64,000 nt of DNA, taken from assembly GCA_035690485.1 (NCBI GenBank), contig DASSKL010000008.1, forward strand, positions 62,586 through 126,585. The letters run 5' to 3'. Below are positions 1-9,451 of the stretch, one piece after another. The notes beneath the pieces were generated by a model. The model ran no database searches, was not told where the DNA came from, and saw nothing but the letters and a program-made list of their open reading frames with translations. The position numbers and the translations under genes are program-made. Numbering within the stretch: the stretch's first letter is position 1; the number at the start of each line of letters is the position of its first letter. Source of the DNA: Mycobacteriales bacterium. GTDB taxonomy: Bacteria > Actinomycetota > Actinomycetes > JAFAQI01 > DASSKL01.

Positions 1-239
1 GGACGCTCATCTTGTCGACGACGACGCTGACCCCGCCGAAGTCGTTGACCTGGTCACCGTCGAGGTTGCGCTCGTCGAAGAACAGCTGGTAGCGCAGGCC
101 GGAGCAGCCGCCCGGCTGCACGGCGACACGCAGCGCCAAGTCGGTGCGGCCCTCCTGCTCCAGCAGGTTCTTGACCTTCGCCGCGGCGGTGTCGGTCAGG
201 ACGATGGTCTGCTGTTCGGTGGACTCCGAGATGGTCATG
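1..239 (-). CDS. IscA/HesB-family iron-sulfur cluster insertion protein (ErpA/SufA-like). The 3' end is cut by the window edge.
   Basis: Reverse-strand translation from the ATG at 239..237 reads MTISESTEQQTIVLTDTAAAKVKNLLEQEGRTDLALRVAVQPGGCSGLRYQLFFDE..., typical of an IscA/HesB N-terminus. The ORF runs off the window start. Confidence 0.7.
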
Positions 240-337
240 CAAGGCTCCCAGTGCGCGTCGGTTTTCTGTCGCGTTCAACGGTGGGCTACCCACCGGCATT
301 CCGACTACCACCCCATGCTCGCACACGGCGTGGCCGA

Positions 338-1366
338 TCAAGCGTCGGCTGCGGCCTCCTGACGCGGCACCAACGGCTGCAGCGGGTGGTGGCACGCGAC
401 GTAGTGGTCGCCGCTGACCTGGCGCATCTCCGGCTCCTCGTCGGCGCACACCTGCGTCGCTCTCGGGCACCGGGTACGGAACCGGCAACCGCTCGGCGGG
501 TCGGTCGGCGAGGGCAGCTCCCCTTCGAGGTGCCCTCCCTCCTTGCGGGTTCCACGGGTCGGGTCGGGCACCGGGATCGAGGCCATGAGGGCCGCGGTGT
601 AGGGGTGCGCCGGTGCCGCGAACAGCTCGTCGGGAGCGGCCACCTCGCACAGCTTGCCGAGGTACATGACGATGACCCGGTCGCTGATGTTCTTGACGAC
701 CGCGAGGTCGTGGGCGATGAACATCAGGGTCAGGCCGTAGCGGTGCTTGGTGTCCTCGAGCAGGTTCAGGATCTGCGCCTGCACGGACACGTCGAGCGCG
801 GAGACCGCCTCGTCGCAGATGATGAGCTTCGGGTCGAGCATCAACGCGCGCGCGATGCTGATGCGCTGGCACTGCCCGCCGGAGAACTCGTGCGGCCGCC
901 GCTCGGCCGCCGCGTCGTAGTCGAGACCAACGGCCTCGAGCACCTCGCGGACCTTCTTCTCCCGCTCCTCGCCCTTCTCGCGGTCCCAGATCGCCAGCGG
1001 CTCCCCGACGATCTCGCGGACTCGCCGTCGCGGGTTGAGCGACGAGATCGGGTCCTGGAAGATCATCTGCAGCCGCTGACGGACGCGCCGGAGCTCCTCC
1101 GGCTTGAGACTGGTCAGCTCGATGCCGTCGAAGTGGACGCTGCCGGAGCGCGGCCGCGGTATCTGCATGATCGCCCGGCCGGTCGTCGACTTGCCGCAGC
1201 CCGACTCACCGACCACCCCGAGCGTCTCGCCGGGCAGGATGTCGAAGCTCACGCCGGAGACGGCGTGCACCCGCCGACCGCCCGACGCCGGGAACTCCAC
1301 GACCATGTCCTCGACGCGCAACAGCGCCTCGTCACCGCGCAGGTGCGCGGTCCCGGAGCCCGCCAT
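338..1366 (-). CDS. Peptide/nickel ABC transporter ATP-binding protein (OppF/DppF-like)
   Basis: 342 aa with Walker A GESGCGKST, ABC signature LSGGQ (FSGGQCQRISIARAL), Walker B IICDEA, and a C-terminal oligopeptide-ABC extension with a Cys cluster. It overlaps the upstream gene at TGATG. Confidence 0.9.
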   Translation of the reverse strand: MAGSGTAHLRGDEALLRVEDMVVEFPASGGRRVHAVSGVSFDILPGETLGVVGESGCGKSTTGRAIMQIPRPRSGSVHFDGIELTSLKPEELRRVRQRLQMIFQDPISSLNPRRRVREIVGEPLAIWDREKGEEREKKVREVLEAVGLDYDAAAERRPHEFSGGQCQRISIARALMLDPKLIICDEAVSALDVSVQAQILNLLEDTKHRYGLTLMFIAHDLAVVKNISDRVIVMYLGKLCEVAAPDELFAAPAHPYTAALMASIPVPDPTRGTRKEGGHLEGELPSPTDPPSGCRFRTRCPRATQVCADEEPEMRQVSGDHYVACHHPLQPLVPRQEAAADA

Positions 1367-2466
1367 CAGGCGCTCCTCCTCGTGAGCGTCGCGGCCTCCA
1401 TCGCGGCCTCGGCCGCCCGGCTACCGGCTTCCTTGTTGCGGCGCAGCGCCGCCTGACCTTCGGGGGTGCCGACCGGGAACCAGCAGGCGAACCAGTGACC
1501 GGGCGAGTCGGCCGGACGCAGCGGCGGCTCCTGGGTCAGGCACTTCTCCTGGACGTAGGGGCAGCGGGCGGCGAACCGGCAGCCGGGCGGCAGGGCCGCA
1601 AGGTCCGGCGGCCGACCGTCGATGGCTTGCAGGACCGTGTGGCTCGGGTCCTCGAGCTTGGGGATCGAGCGCATCAGCGCCTCGGTGTAGGGCATCCGCA
1701 TCTCGGTGAAGAGCGTCCTGGTCGGCGCCTTCTCGACGATCTTTCCGGCGTACATGACCGCGATCTCGTCGGCGCGGTTGGCGACGACGCCGAGGTCGTG
1801 GGTGACGAGGATCATCGCCATGAACCGGTCGCGCTGCTGCTCCTGCAGCAGGTCGAGGATCTGCGCCTGCACGGTCACGTCGAGCGCGGTGGTCGGCTCG
1901 TCGGCCAGCAGCAGCTTGGGGCCGCAGGCCAGCGCGATGGCGATCATGACGCGCTGGCGCAGGCCGCCGGACAGCTCGAACGGGTACTGCCGCAGCCGCC
2001 GCTCGGGTTCCGGGATGCCGACCGAGGCGAGCAGCGTGATCGCTGTGTTGCGCGCCTCGTCCTTGTCCATGTGCAGGTGGTGGCGCAGCGACTCGGTGAT
2101 CTGCCGGCCGATGCGCACGACCGGGTTGAGCGAGGTCATGGGGTCCTGGAACACCATGCCCATCTCGGCGCCCCAGATGTGGGACAGCTCGTCGGCGTCG
2201 GCAGTGACGAGGTCGCGTCCCTCGAAGAGGACCTGCCCGGTGCGTACGACGTTGGCGCGCGGCAGCAAGCCCATGATCGAGCGCGAAAGCACCGTCTTGC
2301 CGGAGCCGGACTCGCCGACGACGCCGAGCGTGCGCCCCGCCTGCAGGGTGAACGACACGCCGTCGACCGCCGGAACCGGTCCGCGCTCGGTGCGGAAGAC
2401 CGTGCGCAGGTCGATGACCTCGAGCAGAGGCTCGGAGCCGTGCACTCGCTCGACCGCGGCGTTCAC
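1366..2466 (-). CDS. Peptide ABC transporter ATP-binding protein (OppD/DppD-like)
   Basis: 366 aa with Walker A GESGSGKT, signature LSGGLRQR and Walker B LLADEPTTALD. GTG start. Stop overlaps the dppF-like start. Confidence 0.9.
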   Translation of the reverse strand: MNAAVERVHGSEPLLEVIDLRTVFRTERGPVPAVDGVSFTLQAGRTLGVVGESGSGKTVLSRSIMGLLPRANVVRTGQVLFEGRDLVTADADELSHIWGAEMGMVFQDPMTSLNPVVRIGRQITESLRHHLHMDKDEARNTAITLLASVGIPEPERRLRQYPFELSGGLRQRVMIAIALACGPKLLLADEPTTALDVTVQAQILDLLQEQQRDRFMAMILVTHDLGVVANRADEIAVMYAGKIVEKAPTRTLFTEMRMPYTEALMRSIPKLEDPSHTVLQAIDGRPPDLAALPPGCRFAARCPYVQEKCLTQEPPLRPADSPGHWFACWFPVGTPEGQAALRRNKEAGSRAAEAAMEAATLTRRSA

Positions 2467-3437
2467 AGCCGACCTTCCTTCACGTCGAAGAAGCTCTGCA
2501 ACCGGTCACCGACGAAGTTGAGCGCCAGCACCGTGAGGAACAGGAACATCGAGGGCCACAGCGACAGCAGCGGGTAGCGCTCGAGCTGGGTGCGGCCGCC
2601 GGCGATCATGTTGCCCCAGCTGGCCTGGGGCGGGCGGACCGACAGCCCGAGGAACGACAGCGCGCCCTCGGCCACGATGGCGACCGCGACCGCGACGAGA
2701 GCGAAGGACACGCCGGCCGGGACGACGTTGGCGAGCACTTCGCGGCGGATGATGCGCCAGCGCTTGGCACCGAGCAGGTGCGCGGCGACGACGAACTCGC
2801 GCTGCGCGTAGACGATCGTGCTGCCCCGCACGATCCGCGCGATCGGCGCGATCGACAGGATGCCGATGGCGAGAGTGACGTTGCGCAGGCTCTGCCCCAT
2901 GAAGGTCACCAGGGCCAGCGCGAAGATCAGCGCCGGGAACGCCAGCATGACGTTGACCAGTGCGGAGATGACGGCGTCGACCTTGCCGCGGAAGTAGCCG
3001 GCGATCAGGCCGAGCGTGCCGCCGATCACCAGGCCGAACGCGATCGAGGCGAAGCCGACGATCAGCGACACCCGGGCCCCGAAGATGACACGGGCGAACT
3101 CGTCGCGACCGAGGTCGTCGGTGCCGAGCAGGTGCGAAAGGCTCGGGTGGGCACCGGGCAGGTCGACGCCGACGGCGTTGGGGTCGCCGATCGGCAGCAC
3201 GCCGGCCATGACCGCGAGGATCGCGATCGCGACGACCCAGGCGACGCAGAGCCAGAAGACGACGCCGAGCTTCTTCTTCGGCGCGGCGAGGATCTCCTCG
3301 GCCGGCGCCGGCACCGCGGTGCCGGTCTGGTCGATCTTCATCGACGAGGCGGCGACCTCCGGGCCGGCCGGCGCTGTCTCCGGTGAGGCCTGGGCGCTGT
3401 TATCCGCCGTCGCGGCGGCCGGATCACGCGCGGGCAT
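2463..3437 (-). CDS. ABC transporter permease (DppC/OppC family)
   Basis: Multi-TM protein with the BPD-transporter EAA-like loop and a long N-terminal extension typical of DppC. The start could instead be the internal Met at about 3341. Confidence 0.8.
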   Translation of the reverse strand: MPARDPAAATADNSAQASPETAPAGPEVAASSMKIDQTGTAVPAPAEEILAAPKKKLGVVFWLCVAWVVAIAILAVMAGVLPIGDPNAVGVDLPGAHPSLSHLLGTDDLGRDEFARVIFGARVSLIVGFASIAFGLVIGGTLGLIAGYFRGKVDAVISALVNVMLAFPALIFALALVTFMGQSLRNVTLAIGILSIAPIARIVRGSTIVYAQREFVVAAHLLGAKRWRIIRREVLANVVPAGVSFALVAVAVAIVAEGALSFLGLSVRPPQASWGNMIAGGRTQLERYPLLSLWPSMFLFLTVLALNFVGDRLQSFFDVKEGRL

Positions 3438-4371
3438 GGCGGGTCCTCGGGTCGAGAAGCGGATAGAGCATGTCCACCAGGAAGTTGACGACGACGAAGC
3501 CGGCGGCCACGACGACGACCGCGCCCTGCACCGCGAGGTAGTCGCGCTGGTAGATCGAGGTCACGGTGTAGTAGCCGATGCCGGGTACGGCGAAGATGTA
3601 CTCGACGATGAACGCCCCGCCGATCAGCGCACCGATGTTGAGGCCCGCGACCGTCGTGAGGGTGAACGTCGAGGGCCGGAACGCGTGGCGCAGCAGGATG
3701 TACGACGTGCTCAGGCCCTTGGCCCGCGCCACCATGACGAAGTCTTCCTGCAGCGTCGCGATCATCTCGGCGCGCAACACCCGCACGTAGACGGCGAGCG
3801 AGCCGACCGCGAGGGTGACCGCCGGTAGGAACACCGATTTGAGGTTCTGCAGCGGATCGTCCCTGAAGTTGGTGTAGCCGGTCGCCGGAAAGAAGTGCCA
3901 GTGGACCGCGAACAGGTAGACGAGCAGCACGGCCACGATGAACGACGGCAGCGACAGCACCAGGAACGCGCCGCCGGTGACGGCGCGGTCGAGGATCCCG
4001 TTGGGGCGCATCGCCGAGATGATGCCGAGCGGGATGGAGATCGCCAGCGCCATCACCTGCGAGACCAGCAGGATCTCCAGCGTCACGGGCAGCCGGGTGA
4101 GCAGCGTGTGGCCGACCGACTGCTTGGTCAGGTAGGAGATCCCGAAGTCGCCGTGCAGGATGCCGCCGAGCCAGTGCCAGTACTGCACGAAGAACGGATC
4201 GTTCAGGTGCAGCTGCTCGCGGATCTGGGCAACCGCCTTGGGCGTCGCGTTGGGACCGAGGATGAGGATCGCCGGGTCACCCGGCAGCAGGCTGATCAGC
4301 CCGTAGGACAAGATCGTGACGACGAGCAGGACGGCGGCCAGCGCCACAAGCCTGCGTCCGATGAACCGCAT
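3424..4371 (-). CDS. ABC transporter permease (DppB/OppB family)
   Basis: 315 aa, 6 TM, N-terminal MRFIGRRLVALAAVLLVVTILSYGL typical of DppB. It overlaps the dppC-like start. Confidence 0.9.
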   Translation of the reverse strand: MRFIGRRLVALAAVLLVVTILSYGLISLLPGDPAILILGPNATPKAVAQIREQLHLNDPFFVQYWHWLGGILHGDFGISYLTKQSVGHTLLTRLPVTLEILLVSQVMALAISIPLGIISAMRPNGILDRAVTGGAFLVLSLPSFIVAVLLVYLFAVHWHFFPATGYTNFRDDPLQNLKSVFLPAVTLAVGSLAVYVRVLRAEMIATLQEDFVMVARAKGLSTSYILLRHAFRPSTFTLTTVAGLNIGALIGGAFIVEYIFAVPGIGYYTVTSIYQRDYLAVQGAVVVVAAGFVVVNFLVDMLYPLLDPRTRHARA

Positions 4372-4455
4372 GTGGCTTCTTTCCGGTGGGGGTTGCCGGT
4401 CGGATTGGAGCGGGGTCCGGAGGCCTGGTCGCCCCAGGCCTCCGGACCCTGACCG

Positions 4456-6162
4456 CTAGGCCTTCAGCCACCACTCCACGGTGTAGGGCGACTGGTTGGA
4501 GAAGATGTTGGCCGCCGGCTTGCCCTCGGGCGTCTGCGTCTTCGCCCAGTTCTGCACCTTCGGGCTGGACGCGATGCCGCTCTCCGGGAAGTAGATCCAG
4601 ATGTAGGGCAGGTCCTTGGCGAACAGCTTCGAGATCTCCTGGTAGGCAGCGACCCGCTTGGTCTGGTCGGTGCTCGTGCGTCCGATCTCGAGCTGCTTCT
4701 GGATCTCCTCGTCGCTGTTGCGGGCGAAGTTCAGCGACAGCGCGCCGACCTTGCCGACCGTGAGCGTGCTCCACCAGATGTAGTTGGCGTCGGGGTCGGG
4801 GCAGGCGAACTGCGTCCAGATGTAGCAGTCGTAGTCGCCGACCAGCGCCTTGGTGATGTATTGCGCCTGCTCGACCTGGTCGATCTGCACGTCGAAGCCG
4901 ACGGCGTTCCACATCGCCTGGGCCAGGGTCACCAGCTGCAGGGTCGACGGGTCGGGCGTGCTGCCGACGTGGAATGCCGGCTTCTTGCCGCCGTTGTCCT
5001 TGCTCCACGCGTCGACCAGCTGCTTGGCCTTCGCCGTGTCCGGAGTCGTCGGGTAGCCGGTGTCGGTGTGGTAGACGTTGCCCTTCGGCCACGGCCCGGA
5101 GACGGGGTACTCACCGACGCCCTTCTCCGCGACCTTGACCAGCTTCGCCTGGTCGGTCGCGTAGGCGAGTGCCTGGCGCAGCCGCACGTCCTTCAGCGGC
5201 TCGGACACGCAGTTGACCTGGAAGAAGACCGGACTCGGCTCGCCGATGACCTTGACCATCGTGTTGGTCAGGAAGTCGACGTTCTTGTCGGCCTTGAAGT
5301 CGAGCACGTTGTCGGCCGAGGTCGCCATGATGATGTCGACGTCGCCCGCCTTGAAGGCGTTCTCCCGCGACTGCGAGTCGGCGATCGGCCGGAACTCGAT
5401 GGCGTCGAGGTGGGGCTTGCCCTGCTGCCAGTAGGTCGGGTTCTTCTTCACCGACAGGTGGTCGTTGGGCTTCCACTCGACGAAGATGAACGGGCCGGTG
5501 CCCACCGGCTGGGTGGAGACGTTGCCCTTCTTGATGGCTGCCGGCGAGACCATGTAGGCCATCTGGCCACCGATCGCGCCGGTCAGGTAGGTGTCGAACG
5601 GCACCCACGACTCGTGCATCGTGAGGACCGCCGCCTGCGGGTCGCTCGGTGAGACGGCGGCCGACTTGAGGTTCAGCAGCGCCGGGCCGGCGAGCGCCGA
5701 CTTCTGCATGGTCGTGACGTTGGCGACGATCGCCGCCCCGTCGAAGGCCTCACCGTCGTGGAACTTGATGCCGTCACGAGCGGTGATCGTCCAGACCGTG
5801 TAGTCGGCGTTGTGCTCGATCGACTTCGCCAGGTAGGGCGCGACGGTGCCGTCGTCCATGAGGATGCCGAGCGCGTCGTAGATCGTGTGCGCGTAGATGA
5901 GGCCGGTGGCGTCCCAGTGGTTGGCCGCCGGGTCGAAGCCGTCGATCTCCGACCACATGCCCATCTTCAGCGTGCCGCCCGCGCGGGGGGTCTCCGACGA
6001 GATGCCGATGTTGGCGGCGTTCGTGCTGGGGGTGTTGTTCGCGCTCTTCTTGCTGCCGCCGCTACTGCCACCGCAGGCGGCAAGCAGGCTGCCGCCGGCC
6101 CCCACTGCAGCGACCGCGGCTGCTGCCTTGGCGCTGCCGGTCAGGAACTTTCGACGGTCCAT
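4456..6162 (-). CDS. ABC transporter substrate-binding lipoprotein, SBP family 5 (peptide/nickel), Tat-type signal
   Basis: Start chosen at MDRRKFLTGSAKAAAAVAAVGAGGSLLAACGG, which carries a twin-arginine motif RRxFL and lipobox LAAC. Family-5 SBP length. The ORF extends 23 codons further upstream. Confidence 0.85.
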   Translation of the reverse strand: MDRRKFLTGSAKAAAAVAAVGAGGSLLAACGGSSGGSKKSANNTPSTNAANIGISSETPRAGGTLKMGMWSEIDGFDPAANHWDATGLIYAHTIYDALGILMDDGTVAPYLAKSIEHNADYTVWTITARDGIKFHDGEAFDGAAIVANVTTMQKSALAGPALLNLKSAAVSPSDPQAAVLTMHESWVPFDTYLTGAIGGQMAYMVSPAAIKKGNVSTQPVGTGPFIFVEWKPNDHLSVKKNPTYWQQGKPHLDAIEFRPIADSQSRENAFKAGDVDIIMATSADNVLDFKADKNVDFLTNTMVKVIGEPSPVFFQVNCVSEPLKDVRLRQALAYATDQAKLVKVAEKGVGEYPVSGPWPKGNVYHTDTGYPTTPDTAKAKQLVDAWSKDNGGKKPAFHVGSTPDPSTLQLVTLAQAMWNAVGFDVQIDQVEQAQYITKALVGDYDCYIWTQFACPDPDANYIWWSTLTVGKVGALSLNFARNSDEEIQKQLEIGRTSTDQTKRVAAYQEISKLFAKDLPYIWIYFPESGIASSPKVQNWAKTQTPEGKPAANIFSNQSPYTVEWWLKA

Positions 6163-6437
6163 GGGTGCAACCACGTTCCACTCCACTTCTGCTGCGGGGG
6201 CTGTGACGCGCATCACAGGCGCGGTTGGCAAGCACGTTAGGACATGGGAGGGCGTTCAGAACGGCATTCGGCTCAAGAAACTCGGCAACGATTTGGTGTC
6301 GGCGCATCCGGGCCACACCCCGGGCACGGAACGGCGAGCGGGCGCGTTCGATCGCACCGCCCGCCGGCGGCTGCCAACGGGAGGAAATGGCCGGACATGT
6401 CATAGCCTTCGGCGTACGCCGTGACGGCGTCCGGCCG

Positions 6438-8150
6438 TCAGGCCTTCAGCCACCAGTGGATCGGGTAGGGCGACTGGTTCGAGAAGAGGTTGGCGGCCTG
6501 CTGCCCCTCAGGGGTCTGCATCTTCGCCCAGTCCTGCAACCTCGGGCTGGCCGCGATCGCGGTCACCGGGAAGGAGTACCAGAGGTAAGGGAAGTCGACG
6601 GCGAAGCGCTTGGAGATCGACTGGTAGGCCTCGACCCGCTTCTGCTGGTCGGTGCTCGTGCGGCCCACCTCGAGTGCCTGCTGGATCTGGTCGTCCTTGT
6701 TGCGGGCGAAGTTCAGCGACAGCGCGCCGATGTTGCCGACCGTCTCGGTGCTCCACCAGATGTAGTTGGCGTCCGGGTCGGTGGCGGCGAACTGCGCCCA
6801 GGTGACCACGTGGTAGTCGCCGACGAGTGCCTTGGTGATGTACTGCGCCAGCTCGACCTGGTCGATCTGCACGTCGAAGCCGGCGGCCTTCCACATCGAC
6901 TGGGTCAACGTCGCGATCTTGAGCGTGGCCGGGTCGGTCGTGCTGCTCAGCTTGATCGACGGCTTCTTCCCGCCGTTGTCCTTGCTCCAGGCGTCGACGA
7001 GCGACTTGGCCTTGGCGAGGTCCTGCTTCTGCGGGTAGCCGGTGTCGGTGTAGTAGGGGCTGTCCTTGGTGAACGGGCCGATGATCGACGGGTCGCCGAC
7101 GCCGCTGCGGCCGACCTTGACGATCTTCTCCTTGTCGGTGGCCCAGGCCAGCGCCTCGCGCAGCCGCACGTCCTTGAGCGGGTCGGACAGGCAGTTGATC
7201 TGGAAGAACGACGGGTTCGGCTCTCCCAACACCTTGACCATCGTGTTGTCGAGGTAGACCACCTTGCTGTCGTCGCGCAGGTCGAGCACCGCGTCGCCCG
7301 AGGTCACCAGGATCATGTCGACGTCACCGGCCCGCAGCGCGTTGGTGCGCGACTGCGAGTCGGGAATCGGCTGGAACCGGATCTGGTCGAGGTGCGGCTT
7401 GCCCTGCTGCCAGTAGCTCGGGTTCTTCTTGACCAGCAGGTGGTCGTTGGGCTTCCACTCGACAAAGACGTAGGGGCCGGTGCCCACCGGGTTCGTCGAC
7501 ACCTTCCCGCCCTCGATGGCCTTGGGCGAGACGATGTAGGCGATCTGGCCACCGATGCCGCCCGCGAGCGCCTGGTCGAACGGCACCCACGGCTGCTTCA
7601 TCGTGATGACGGCGGCAAGCGGGTCGCCCGGCGACACGGCGACGTCCTTGACGTTGAGCAGCGCCGGGCCGGCCAGCGCCGACTGGCGCATCCGGGTCAG
7701 GTTGGCGACGACCGCGGCACCGTCGAGCTTCTCGCCGTCGTGGAACGTCACGCCGTCGCGGACCGTGATCGTCCAGACCGTGTAGTCGGCGTTGTGCTCG
7801 ATCGACTTCGCCAGGTACGGCGCCACCGTGCCGTCGGGCATGAGGATGCCCAGCGAGTCGTAGATGGCGTGGGCGTAGATGAGGCCGTCGGCGTCCCAGT
7901 GGTTGGCCGACGGGTCGAAGCCGTCGATGTCGCCGGCCATCCCGACCTTCAGCGTGCCCCCGACTCTCGGGGTCGCGTCGGAGACACCGATCTTGGCGGC
8001 GTCCTTCGTGGTCTTGCCCCCGCCGCCTCCCCCGCCGCTGCTGCCGCCACACGCGGCCAGCAGGCTGCCGCCGGCACCGACGGCGGCGACGGCCGCGGCG
8101 GCCTTCGCGCTGCCGGTGAGGAACGTACGACGGTCGACGGGCGCAGCCAT
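6438..8150 (-). CDS. Second SBP family 5 lipoprotein, paralog of 4456..6162
   Basis: Start at MAAPVDRRTFLTGSAKAAAAVAAVGAGGSLLAACGG, with a nearly identical Tat/lipobox leader. Long collinear identity with the downstream SBP (FHDGE, VANL..M, FVEWKPNDHL, PDANYIWWS). Confidence 0.85.
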   Translation of the reverse strand: MAAPVDRRTFLTGSAKAAAAVAAVGAGGSLLAACGGSSGGGGGGGKTTKDAAKIGVSDATPRVGGTLKVGMAGDIDGFDPSANHWDADGLIYAHAIYDSLGILMPDGTVAPYLAKSIEHNADYTVWTITVRDGVTFHDGEKLDGAAVVANLTRMRQSALAGPALLNVKDVAVSPGDPLAAVITMKQPWVPFDQALAGGIGGQIAYIVSPKAIEGGKVSTNPVGTGPYVFVEWKPNDHLLVKKNPSYWQQGKPHLDQIRFQPIPDSQSRTNALRAGDVDMILVTSGDAVLDLRDDSKVVYLDNTMVKVLGEPNPSFFQINCLSDPLKDVRLREALAWATDKEKIVKVGRSGVGDPSIIGPFTKDSPYYTDTGYPQKQDLAKAKSLVDAWSKDNGGKKPSIKLSSTTDPATLKIATLTQSMWKAAGFDVQIDQVELAQYITKALVGDYHVVTWAQFAATDPDANYIWWSTETVGNIGALSLNFARNKDDQIQQALEVGRTSTDQQKRVEAYQSISKRFAVDFPYLWYSFPVTAIAASPRLQDWAKMQTPEGQQAANLFSNQSPYPIHWWLKA

Positions 8151-8253
8151 GTGTCTCCTCGATCTCCATGGAGGCAGTTCCGGATGCCGCACCGTAGCCA
8201 ATGTCACCGGTCACGAACGCGATCGGATTCACGTTTTTTGGGCAACGTTTCGG

Positions 8254-9354
8254 TTACGGCGGCGGCGCGTCCGTCCACCGGCCCGCCACCAGTGCGGCCA
8301 GCCGCGCCAGCCTCTCCCCCGCCGGCGTCGCGCCGTTCGCGTCGACGAGCCTCGTGTCGTAGGCCGCGGTCACGCCGGCGTCGGCGGCGGAGACCGCGTC
8401 AACCGACACCCGCCCGGCCAGCACCACGCAGGGCGTCGCGGTCGCACCTGCGACACCGGCCACGACCTTCCCGCGCAGCGACTGCGGGTCGAAGCTGCCC
8501 TCACCGGTGAGCACCAGGTCGGCGTCGGCCGCCCGGGCCCGCAGCCCCGAGGCCTCGAGGACCAGCTCGATGCCCGAGTCCCGCCGCCCGCCGAGGAGCA
8601 GCAGAGCGAATCCCAGCCCCCCGGCCGCCCCCGCGCCGGGCAGACCCCGCGTGCCGGCCGCCGCAACGGCCGGTTCGGCGAGGTCGGCCCAGTGACGCAG
8701 CGCCGCGTCGAGGCGACCGACCTGCTCGACCGTGGCACCCTTCTGCGGCCCGAAGACGTACGACGCGCCGGCGGGGCCGAGCAGCGGATTGTCGACGTCG
8801 GTCGCCGCGACGATCTCGACCGCCGGGGCCGGGACAGGCCGCACCTCGCGCAGGTCCTCGAGCGCCAGTCCGCCGCCGGGGATCTCCATCCCGTCCGCGT
8901 CGCGCAACGACCAGCCGAGCGCCTGCAGCAAGCCCGCACCGCCGTCGTTCGTGCCCGATCCGCCGAGTCCGACCACGACTCGCCGCGCCAGGGGCGCGGC
9001 CGCAGCGACGAGCTCGCCCACCCCCCTGCTCGTCGTCGCCGACGGGTCGCGCCGGTCAGAGGAAACGAGGTGCAGCCCGCACGCCTGGGCGGACTCGAGG
9101 TACGCCGTCTCGCCGACGACGAGCACCGAAGCGGCTACGGGCGCGCCGAGCGGGCCGGTGACCGGGCACGGCACCAGCTCGCCGCCGAGTGCGGTGTGCA
9201 GCACCTCGACGAACCCGGGCCCGCCGTCGCTGAGCGGCAGCAGGTCGACGTCGTCCTCGGGTCGGGCGCGCCGCCAGCCCGCGGCGATCGCACCGGCGGC
9301 TTCGGTGGCGGACAGCGTTCCGGTGAACGAGTCGGGGGCGATCAGGACGCGCAC
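8254..9354 (-). CDS. Glycerate kinase (GarK/GlxK family)
   Basis: N-terminus VRVLIAPDSFTGTLSA and the body (GGGAG, GEGSFDPQSLRGKV) match the glycerate kinase family. GTG start at 9354 with GGAGG 8 nt upstream. The ORF continues to an ATG at 9621, but that extension is not family-like. Confidence 0.7.
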   Translation of the reverse strand: MRVLIAPDSFTGTLSATEAAGAIAAGWRRARPEDDVDLLPLSDGGPGFVEVLHTALGGELVPCPVTGPLGAPVAASVLVVGETAYLESAQACGLHLVSSDRRDPSATTSRGVGELVAAAAPLARRVVVGLGGSGTNDGGAGLLQALGWSLRDADGMEIPGGGLALEDLREVRPVPAPAVEIVAATDVDNPLLGPAGASYVFGPQKGATVEQVGRLDAALRHWADLAEPAVAAAGTRGLPGAGAAGGLGFALLLLGGRRDSGIELVLEASGLRARAADADLVLTGEGSFDPQSLRGKVVAGVAGATATPCVVLAGRVSVDAVSAADAGVTAAYDTRLVDANGATPAGERLARLAALVAGRWTDAPPP

Positions 9355-9451
9355 GGCGCCAGTCTCGCGGAAGGATCCCCACCGGCACGACGTTTGGCCT
9401 GTGGGAGCATGGGATCGCAATTCAGCCGCTCGCGGCGCCCGGGAGACTCTT

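Noticed and set aside
6225-8510. 761-aa ORF on the + strand
   Set aside because: It is entirely antisense to the well-supported SBP gene 6438..8150. Its Arg/Gly/Asp/Val-rich translation is typical of reverse-frame ORFs in high-GC DNA.
8732-9451. 5' 240 codons of the annotated 634-aa ORF 8732..10636
   Set aside because: The NadA homology begins at the GTG at 9452, which has an RBS. Upstream of that the frame is antisense to the glycerate kinase gene.
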